The notes below the pieces were generated by a model. The model was not told the origin of the DNA, made no database searches, and saw nothing but the letters and a program-made list of their open reading frames with translations. A DNA stretch of 62,886 bases, the filler included, from Aduncisulcus paluster (Eukaryota), in the NCBI GenBank assembly GCA_024181965.1. It is 6 parts of 6 records of this genome, joined end to end, with 100 filler letters (N's around TTAATTAATTAA, not from the genome) between each part and the next. Parts side by side here need not be neighbours in the genome. Positions count along the whole stretch, not along the records: positions 53,402 to 59,893 come from BQXS01012679.1; positions 59,994 to 62,886 come from BQXS01012682.1; 4 more parts are not named here. One strand, given 5' to 3'. Both the position numbers and the translations under genes were made by a program. Shown piece by piece: positions 54,619 through 62,886 of the stretch; within the stretch, counting starts at the first letter, position 1, and the number at the start of each line of letters is the position of its first letter.

Positions 54619-56037
54619 TCAAACCGTTACAATACTTTTATCATCGGCAATACTTGTGTACTCCTTCTGAATAACTTGTCTTCTATTGGAACTATGTACC
54701 CAACGTGAAATGAATACGATTCCACCAATGATGACAGCAAGAACAGCAACAGTGATGAGCATACATGCCCACCATGTCATCTCGGTCGGAATATCTCTTA
54801 GAGGAATCGGAGCTGAATCAGAGGAACAAAGGGACCTCCATTCAGACTCGTTGGGCAATGAATCGACAAACAAACGGAAAAGAGTCAAAGAATAATTCCC
54901 AGGGGATAGAATTCCGTCAGCTCCGGGACAATTGGATGGTTTTGAACGTTCAACAATGGTATCAGCATCGACGCAAGCATTGTTAGCAAAATCATCGATG
55001 GAACCAGTAGTAAGGTAATAGCCATTATAAACCACAGTAACCACCCAACCGTCGTCCGGATCTGTGCCTTTTGTGCGTGAAACAATGTCCATATATTCTT
55101 CATCGAATTCTTCTGAGGAACTCTCAACCAACTTAAAGAGATTGAATTCAAGGAGGGAAGCTGGAACGGGAGTAGAAATATCACGAACACCCAGCACACT
55201 AAATAAAGACAAAAAGCTTTCAGGGTTGCCAAAATAGAAATGCATTTTTGAAAAATCTTTTGAAACATCTTTTCCAGAGATAAACCCATCGATATCGGCA
55301 AGGATCCGCTTTAATCCCTGCGATCCCAATAATTGTGCCATTGGATTTGAAATTGGATACATTTGTTGAACTACAAACCGATAGTCGGAAGAAAGACGAT
55401 CCCAATCTTCATCAGACAGACCAAGGGTGTCAAGAACTTCCATTTTTCCAAATTCGTCAATATCGGATGAAATTGGATTATATATTTGATTAATTGTGGC
55501 AAGGGAAATGGGTGGGGAAACTGAAAAAATATTTGAGATTGATTGGAGAAAAGAACCCTCTCTCTGTTCCATTTCTAACCATTCTTCGGTAAGTTGAATG
55601 CTTTCAAAGTTTTTTTGAGCAGAATTACACGAATAATATGGCATTAAGACACAATCATCGGAAGGACTTGATGATAATATTGGAGTGACGATAACTCTTG
55701 AATCTAGGGGAGAAGAATCATTTAATGGATAAAATCCTTGCATAAATGATTGTCCAGACATAACACCACGTTCATTGCCAACAGCCATAATTGAAATGTC
55801 ATCATTATCAAAATCTTGAGAAATTACATCTAATTCTTCGAAGTAAAGTGCCTTATATGCCATTCCAAGATCATAGATTGTAGATTTGCCTTTTTCTGTT
55901 AACATGCCATGAGTTCTAGGGCCTTTTTGCCAGTTTTCGAAGAATGGGTCTGTACTAAGATCAAATAGAGGGGATGAAAACCCCTGATTTAGAAGTAAAC
56001 TAACATGATGAAGTTTATAATCCTGATTAGGCATCAT
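54619..56037 (-). CDS. Histidine acid phosphatase-like type I membrane protein, catalytic motifs lost; 5' end uncertain
   Basis: GMLTEKG...YDLG...K.LY and ER..MSGQ.F..G.YP retained. RHGxRxP is NQGFSSP and HD is NP. TM plus YTSI tail. Confidence 0.8.
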   Translation of the reverse strand: MMPNQDYKLHHVSLLLNQGFSSPLFDLSTDPFFENWQKGPRTHGMLTEKGKSTIYDLGMAYKALYFEELDVISQDFDNDDISIMAVGNERGVMSGQSFMQGFYPLNDSSPLDSRVIVTPILSSSPSDDCVLMPYYSCNSAQKNFESIQLTEEWLEMEQREGSFLQSISNIFSVSPPISLATINQIYNPISSDIDEFGKMEVLDTLGLSDEDWDRLSSDYRFVVQQMYPISNPMAQLLGSQGLKRILADIDGFISGKDVSKDFSKMHFYFGNPESFLSLFSVLGVRDISTPVPASLLEFNLFKLVESSSEEFDEEYMDIVSRTKGTDPDDGWVVTVVYNGYYLTTGSIDDFANNACVDADTIVERSKPSNCPGADGILSPGNYSLTLFRLFVDSLPNESEWRSLCSSDSAPIPLRDIPTEMTWWACMLITVAVLAVIIGGIVFISRWVHSSNRRQVIQKEYTSIADDKSIVTV

Positions 56038-56560
56038 CAATATGTGTATCTTAGGTCAATTCACCTCTGGATATTGCTAAGGAATCGCAATAACAATAAC
56101 ATACCAATGAATCTATAAAAAATATAGATATATCTTTGTTAGACGTTATTTCATCTTTTTTTTATCCAATAATTTCATGTAGCTCGATTTGTTTTAATTT
56201 TGGTGTTTCGTTGCCCGAAACGGTTTTTGGAGGAGATTTGATTGGATACAACAGCAATGGGATCCCAAAACTCTTCCCTTGCTCATGAAAAGATTAAAAA
56301 TCAAAGTATGTTCCATTTACTTGTGTTTATGGTCTTCTCTGTTCATTTCTGACTTATTCTTTGTTGTTTTTCCTTTTTTCTTCCATAATTCGACTNNNNN
56401 NNNNNNNNNNNNNNNTCTATAAAAAATATAGATATATCTTTGTTAGACGTTATTTCATCTTTTTTTTATCCAATAATTTCATGTAGCTCGATTTGTTTTA
56501 ATTTTGGTGTTTCGTTGCCCGAAACGGTTTTTGGAGGAGATTTGATTGGATACAACAGCA

Positions 56561-58698
56561 ATGGGATCCCAAAACTCTTCCCTTGCTCATGAAAAGATTA
56601 AAAATCAAAGTATGTTCCATTTACTTGTGTTTATGGTCTTCTCTGTTCATTTCTGACTTATTCTTTGTTGTTTTTCCTTTTTTCTTCCATAATTCGACTG
56701 CGTTTTATAAATTTATTGTTATTTTTTCTTTTTTTAGTTGCTCGAGAATTTTTTTCAATCTTTTACATTACCTATACACAATACACAGAATCACATGGGT
56801 TTGCCACCCTTTCTTCAACTATCGAGGCCATATTTCAATCATGCATTACAACAAACCCAATTGAACAAAATTTTTCTCTGTCAGTAGGCGTTCATTTGGA
56901 TGAGGCTGGGTTTGTCTCAGTGCTGAAAACTTCTCAGAACGTCAGGGTTTTTTCCCTTCATTTCGAAAAACAAACAATGACTAGAAGAACTGTTGCCGCC
57001 CTTGTCGAATTTTTAACTCATGCTCAAAAAACGGTCCATTTTTCTTTACGGCGATCTGGATTGACATCTCACCATATTAAACTTATATATGCTGCTTTAC
57101 AGACATCTTCGAGCATGAAAGCTCAGAAACTACATTCTAAAATTAGATCAATGAGTCGCCAAGGAAGTCGAACCTCCAGCCAGCGTTCTCAAGGAGAGAG
57201 GAGTGGCGGAAGGGGGTGGTCAACACAACAGAGTAGCGAAAGTGATGCACATAAGCGCGGGGGATCTGTTCGTTCATCTTCTTCAACAGGATCTAAGTCG
57301 TCACCGCCTGGGAGTGGTTCTTCAGGATCTTCTTCTTCTTCTGACCCAATGAAACCCTTTTTCTTATCGCTTGAATCACTAGATGTCTCTTCTAACCCTC
57401 TTGGTGACGATGGAATTGTGCAACTCTGCTCTATTTTGAAAACCTATGGAATGTATCTAAATACGTTGAATTTGCAAAACACTGGCATGGGCGAGCGTAG
57501 CATTGCAGCTGTGAGTGAGTATGCCATTTATAAACGGGTTTTGAAGAAGATTGACATATCTTCCAATCCCACCCTCTCGTCCTCACACCTTTCTCTCCTT
57601 GCTTCCGCTCTTCATCAGTCTCGCGGGATTCAGACTGTCATACAGGATGTCGCTAACCCGTCGAGTATTGATATTATGCTCATTGAGCACACATGTATGA
57701 GGAACGAATATGTTAACACGACTATATCGAATATTATTGAAGAAGCCTTTGAAAAGGAGGAACAGGCCGCGGCGAGAAAGGAGAGGAAGAAGACCGAAGT
57801 AATTATTACTGGAGCGTTTAAGTTTGCCGCTGCTAAGAGAGATGCTGACAAGCATCTATTGAAGATTGAGAAGAAAGATTTTGATGATCTTAAACTTCCA
57901 CCAGAGCGTAAGGGTACCATCGACGTGCGTGTTGCCTTTGCTGAGACTGTTGGGAGGCGTCTTGAGATGGAAGATGTTGTTCTTGTGCGACAACGGTTTC
58001 GCGGGAAAGAACATGAGCATTTATTCGCTGTGTTCGACGGGCATGGTGGGCGGGAGAGTGCTGAGCTGGCCTCTGATGTCATGCCACAGCTTCTAGCTGC
58101 TCGTATGAATGAACTAGAGAGTGCCACTGGCAAATCAATGGCACTTATTCCTGCTCCCGTGATTAAGAATATGTTTACTGATGTATTTCTTGAATGTAAT
58201 AGGATGTTGACCCAGCATGATGTGGAGGATGGCTCCACTGCTCTCGTTGCCCTGTTGCATCAAAATAGACTGATCGTTGCCAATGTCGGAGATAGTAGAG
58301 GCGTGTTGATGAGAGACGGACGTGCTCTGAGAATGTCGTTTGATCATAAACCAGATTTGCCAACGGAGGAAGAGAGAATTCAGAGTTTGGGAGGCTATGT
58401 CGAGGCTGGACGTGTCCTTGGAGCTCTCAGTGTTTCCAGAGCTCTTGGAGATGTCTTCTTGCAGCCATACGTAAGTGCTGAACCCTTTGTTCGAGTTGAG
58501 ACTCTGCTTCCGACGGATAAATTCCTCATTCTTGCCTGTGATGGTGTGTGGGATGTCCTCAAAGATCAGAGCGCCGTTTCCTTGCTTACATCAGAGAAGG
58601 ATCCTGTAGGTGCTAGTGTCAAACTTAGAGATCAGGCTTTCTATCAAGGAAGTACTGATAACATTAGTGTTGTCGTGATTATGTTTGATCAGTCATGA
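56561..58698 (+). CDS. LRR + PP2C phosphatase, spliced: exons 56561-56609 and 56738-58698, 669 aa
   Basis: MGSQNS start. Intron GTATGT...TTTAG at 56610-56737 restores the frame. RI-like LRRs, then GRR..MED, FDGHGG, ANVGDSR, DHKP, SRALGD, ACDGVWD, GSTDNIS. Confidence 0.92.
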
Positions 58699-59537
58699 AA
58701 GGATATTAGATATGTTAATTCATCAATACATCTCAACTAACTTGATTGGATTCTCTTATCAATTTTTTTTTGTTTTTTTTTTTACATTATTTTGCTTCGA
58801 TCATTCCATGTCTTCTTCTTGATCTATTTTTGTTTGTTAATAATCAATTATCGAGCGAAATTCTACAACATACAACATGAACATGATTTTAATTATATTT
58901 CCAATCTTTTATTTATTTACATCAAAGATTTTCTCCATTTTTACCGGGAGTTTTTCATTGTTACTTTGATTTTATCATGAAGTTTTATTTTATTGTAAAT
59001 ATTTTCATGGATAATCCGTGTTTTTAAGAAGTTATTATCTTTTTATCTTTTTTTTTTTTTTTTTTTCAAGTTGCCATTCATATCTTTTCATTCTAGTCTT
59101 GGTATAACTCTGATCATTTGATAAAATGAGCTAATCAAGAGGTTTTCTCTTTGTTTTTCCTAGGTTGTTTCACCATGATTTTTCTGAGAAAATGGTGAAA
59201 TGAAAGTTAATCTTTTGTATTCATATTATTCAATGTTGTATCTTATTTGTCAGAAATTCTGACTCAGAATCGGGATACAATTCGCTGATAATGACTTCGT
59301 GATGAGTTAGTAAAGTGTGCTTTGAGCCATCGAAAGAGGAATTTGAATTCAATGGATCCCCGGATATCCATCTCACACTCTATAACATTGAGATTGACGT
59401 CTTCATGTGATTGTTTCAACAAACGAAAACTATCAACTATAATATCGACGTTTTTACTTATTTTATGAGAATCCGATAAACAAATACGAATAAAATCTCA
59501 TCATGGTGACATGTACAAAGAAAATTGAAATGTCGAT

Positions 59538-59564
59538 TCTATTTTTAGAATTTCTATTTTTAGA
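59538..59564 (-). promoter_or_regulatory. TCTAAAAATAGA doublet, copy 4 (reverse strand, spacer AAT)
   Basis: Plus strand TCTATTTTTAGA-ATT-TCTATTTTTAGA. Confidence 0.5.
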
Positions 59565-59994
59565 ATCATAAATTTTGTTTTGGATATTATTTGAATAAAA
59601 AGAGTTAAAATAGTTTGATTTAGCAATTTACAGCGAGAAAAATATCAAAATTAGCTCTCCTTTCAACTATCGAGAATAATGCGGTCAAAAACATTTTAAT
59701 ATTCAACAATTCACAATAATCTCCGCAAATCAAATAGAATGGACAATATTATTCCGAATATATTGAAGGAATTTCACTACGATCAAGAAAAGGAATGATT
59801 TTTTCATGCAATCAAGGTTTCTTCTGAATACCAAGGATAACATAATGAATTTAATGATATCAACGGATATATTCATCACTCCAAAATACTATANNNNNNN
59901 NNNNNNNNNNNNNNNNNNNNNNNNNNNNNNNNNNNNNTTAATTAATTAANNNNNNNNNNNNNNNNNNNNNNNNNNNNNNNNNNNNNNNNNNNNG

Positions 59995-61274
59995 ATTTTG
60001 GCGCTTTCAGAGAGTTTAACCTCACTCCAGATTAATGATTACAATGTTGATGTTAGTTTGCTTGCTAACTTCTCCAATCTGACCGATTTGTTTTTGTACG
60101 CTGTTAATGAGACCTTTGATCCTCAATCGTTGGCTTCTTTAATGCTCCTTGAATATTTAGTTTTAATGTATGTATCTATGGATACTTTGAAACCATTATC
60201 TGAGCTGCAACATCTTTCTCAATTTCGCTTAGGAGGAGGCAGCAGTAACATTTATTATGGCGAGCTTAGTGATGTTCCCAATACTATTGAGCTTCTTATC
60301 CTTTTAAATGTTGTGATTGATGCTAATATTTTTGAACAAATGAGTGATTGGAGTGTTCTTCGTAAATTTGAGTTCCAAGGAGTCCCGATAATTTTTCACT
60401 TGATGGGTTGTCTGCCGATGCTTTCCCCCAATTAAAAGAGTTTTATTTGAAATTCACAAGTCCTTTAGGATTAGATGTCTTAAATATGTCTGATTTCACC
60501 CATTTGAAGCATATTACGTGTAGCAATTGTGGACTTTCCTCCCTCCAAATTAATCCAACTAATATTCGTTCTATTGGTCTTTCTTGGAATCCAGATTTTG
60601 ATTTTGCAAGTTTTTTTGAGGATTATAAAAATGGTCTGTCCAACATTCATGAATTTGATGCTATTGGATCCAATTTCTCAACCCAAAATCTTGTTGAACT
60701 TTCTACTACTCTTCTTTCTGATTATCTCATGTGTTTTCTTGATTATAACTCAATCACAGATGTCAAAATGTTCCCAGGTTCTGTCAGTGGAGGATCCATA
60801 ACACTCTCTAATAACTATCTTGAGGTATCGGAAGGAAATGATGTTGTGTCTCAATATCTGCGCGATACCTTTTATAGTGTTTATCTTGGCAACGAAACAT
60901 CGCCTTGTTCTCCAAAGTTGCCTCGTTTTGAGAAAAACCAAGTTTGTTATCAGCATAAAAAAGATGAGAAATGGAAAGTTGAATGTGCTTATGGGTATTA
61001 TTTGAATTTATGGTCTATGAAGTGTGTGAAAGATGAGTCAAACGTGTGCACTAAGTGTTTTAGTGAAGATAAACTCTGTGTTGGCTCATTATTTGGTAAT
61101 GAGATTAGCTGTGTTAGTTCAAGAGTAAGGTTTAGTTATTGGAGGATTGTAGTTTTTGCTCTTTTGGTTATTTTTGGTATTATTTTTGGTATTTTGTATT
61201 TTATGAAATTACGTCAAACAAAAGCTTCTGGTGAGGTAAACGATTTATTATTATCCAATGTGGATGAATGCTAA
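59995..61274 (+). pseudogene. LRR + Cys-rich + TM surface protein, 5'-partial, frameshift near 60372-60390
   Basis: LRR pattern continues across a one-frame shift (FEFQG / DNFSLDGL). Cys-rich stalk, TM and short tail. Could be a sequencing indel. Confidence 0.65.
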
Positions 61275-61307
61275 AATTCGACGAATAATATTACGTAATT
61301 TACGTAA

Positions 61308-61343
61308 TAATATTACTAATATTACTAATATTACTAATATTAC
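61308..61343. repeat. (TAATATTAC)x4 minisatellite, with a fifth copy at 61286-61294
   Basis: Directly visible tandem 9-mer. Confidence 0.9.
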
Positions 61344-61348
61344 GATAT

Positions 61349-61757
61349 GGTGTTGTGTGTGACCGGGACGACCGTCGACCAACGTGACGTCTCGGATATC
61401 TATATAAAAACGAGAAAATTGTATTTATTTAAGTCATATAACTTATATGATATAAGTTAATATGACAATAAACCAGTTTATTAACTCTCAAATTGAACCC
61501 ATTTCAATTATTGACATATATTATCAATGATACCGACTAGGTATATACTGAGTCAGACTCAGTATGAGTTAAATCAGCATCAGACGACGACAATCATTGT
61601 ACTACAATGCATTGACGTGATATTATGTGACAAATAAATAATAGTACAGTATATTGTACAGTGCAACAGTTACAATCAAGTATAGTAATACATTATAAGA
61701 TCTAGAATGAGTCTTCCCACCCGATTGCCTTGGTAGGGAAGACACAACCAGACTCTC
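61349..61757. other. Non-coding element dense in nested inverted repeats
   Basis: About ten stem-loops plus long-range complementary segments (see findings). Confidence 0.6.
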
Positions 61758-61794
61758 TAAAGTATTTTTTCACAGAAGGAACGTTATATGCACT

Positions 61795-62280
61795 CTAACC
61801 AATGATAACGTCATCAGATTCATGGAGATGAGAGTGATACTGCATAAGACCCGGGGTTGGTTTTGAAGAAGACGATTTTCTTCCTGTATATCGTTGTGTT
61901 AGCTTGGATATACGTTCAGCTTTCCTTTCCATAAGCTCATCTTTGAAAGTTTGCCTGAAATCAAGTTGTCTCCCATTAGAACCTTTTGAATAAGCTCCAG
62001 CTGACTTTGCTCTAGCTCTATCTCTAGCTCTAGGAGCTCCAGCTCTAGGATTCTGACCTGGAAGAGGAGATGTTGATGCAGAGGGGACGGATACACTGTG
62101 GATTGATCCTCTCGATGGAATGTTCGAGTGTTCCCCGACAACTCCATGAGGTATCCCAACATCTTCAAATGAACGGTGCTCATGACGGGATAGTAGAGAA
62201 GATCGCGACAGATGCGACATATGTGATAGTTGTGGGGAGAGTCGAGTTAAGGAATGAGCATGTGAAGAAAGATAAGACAT
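61795..62280 (-). CDS. Ser/His/Arg-rich hypothetical protein, possibly a terminal exon or fragment
   Basis: 161-aa ATG ORF with coding-like GC and low complexity. Possible acceptor TAATAACACAG just upstream. Confidence 0.5.
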   Translation of the reverse strand: MSYLSSHAHSLTRLSPQLSHMSHLSRSSLLSRHEHRSFEDVGIPHGVVGEHSNIPSRGSIHSVSVPSASTSPLPGQNPRAGAPRARDRARAKSAGAYSKGSNGRQLDFRQTFKDELMERKAERISKLTQRYTGRKSSSSKPTPGLMQYHSHLHESDDVIIG

Positions 62281-62451
62281 GGCTTGGGGATTTCGTTTCT
62301 TCCTGTGTTATTAATCGAGTCAAATTTACTAAATAAACAGAACTCCGAGAGATCTATAAATAGACCATTGAGAACATTACACTTCCCCCAGATCTTTCGG
62401 GTTCTATTGTTGCTACTCCCTTTGGGTATGAGATCAAATGATTAAAATAAA

Positions 62452-62524
62452 GTTGTTCCGGGGTTCGAACCCCGCACATGGTATAGTGACCAACATCTAC
62501 TAACCAGTTGAGCTATATCTGTGT
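62452..62524 (-). pseudogene. Degenerate tRNA-like sequence
   Basis: A-box TAGCTCAACTGGTTAG and B-box GGTTCGAACCC at tRNA-like spacing. Acceptor and anticodon stems do not pair well. Confidence 0.5.
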
Positions 62525-62886
62525 CCAAAATATTTTCCAGACTATGCATCAATCTGATTTTCTCGTTCCCCAATTCTTTACAAAGTCGTTTTTCTTTGTC
62601 GTTCAACTATGATTTAAAAATCTTTTAATACAATTTAAACCAGTATATTAAGAGGGTTATTTCTCTTATTATTAAATATTTCTACAAACGTTCTTTGATG
62701 AGATATTAGTCGATCAATTGCTATCTCCTCAGCTGATAGTCGTAGGAAGAAACTAATGTCGTTTTCGACCTCTCTGTATCCATATGTTTTTTAAACGTAA
62801 CTTTTATACCTACTTTGAGATCACGATTTTTTGCAGTTTTCTTCTACTTGTATCTGCTGAGTTTCTCGGGTTCAACGAAGTTCTTC

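Noticed and set aside
7441..56060. TGA reassignment or selenocysteine suggested by scattered in-frame TGAs
   Set aside because: Conserved genes (PTRHD1, IMP3, PP2C) end at TGA in the expected place and long ORFs use TGG for Trp. No SECIS recognised.
796..56699. Tandem duplications around 20-N gaps (internal repeat in the WD40-like gene, doubled homeobox start, doubled RNaseH, doubled RRM end, doubled PP2C exon 1)
   Set aside because: All ten gaps show the same unmerged-overlap pattern. Where copies differ at all, it is by a SNP (28282/28570) or homopolymer length.
26503..59993. TTAATTAATTAA repeated between N-runs as a biological repeat
   Set aside because: It is a fixed 100-nt six-frame-stop linker. 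Genes on either side are not neighbours, so no cross-contig cluster or system can be inferred.
61696..61745. Helitron 3' end (hairpin then CTAG on the minus strand)
   Set aside because: CTAG is followed by A rather than T, the spacing is short and no matching 5' TC end was identified.
45..62336. Numerous short overlapping or antisense ORFs in the track
   Set aside because: They are shadows of longer real genes or AT-rich intergenic frames, many with non-ATG starts.
1..62886. CRISPR array, Fanzor/TnpB/IscB, retron or other prokaryote-type defence system
   Set aside because: No repeat-spacer array and no RuvC or HNH motifs seen. Both RTs are clearly Ty3/gypsy type.

Overview
This is eukaryotic, gene-dense, AT-rich DNA from a draft assembly, not one continuous locus. 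Five 100-nt spacers (44 N + TTAATTAATTAA + 44 N) join six unrelated contigs: 1-26502, 26603-30630, 30731-48911, 49012-53301, 53402-59893 and 59994-62886. Ten 20-N gaps are flanked by near-identical 240-580 bp duplications that are scaffolding artefacts. Very short intergenic spacers, rare GTATGT...AG introns, a eukaryote-type TrpRS, malic enzyme and expanded kinase/LRR-type genes suggest an anaerobic protist, possibly a free-living fornicate metamonad (inference only). Recognisable genes are FPGS, a Vti1-like SNARE, endonuclease V, NF-YB, a PBX-like TALE homeobox, PTRHD1 (two identical copies, one intron each), IMP3, a pol-beta-type nucleotidyltransferase, an RI-like LRR protein, a BI-1/TMBIM protein, a two-RRM protein (one intron), a large non-RD kinase, the malic enzyme C-terminus, TrpRS, an inactive histidine acid phosphatase-like protein and a myristoylation-type LRR-PP2C (one intron). 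One contig is a nest of Ty3/gypsy elements with very short TG...CA units (63, 97, 232 bp), two with target-site duplications and two with tRNA-like boxes. The main unexplained signals are a ~400 bp multi-hairpin non-coding element at 61.35-61.75 kb, recurrent single-base-centred palindromes in intergenic DNA, a tandem TCTAAAAATAGA (MEF2-site-like) doublet found four times, and a stand-alone Nup160 C-terminus-like gene. All assignments are by eye; no searches were run.
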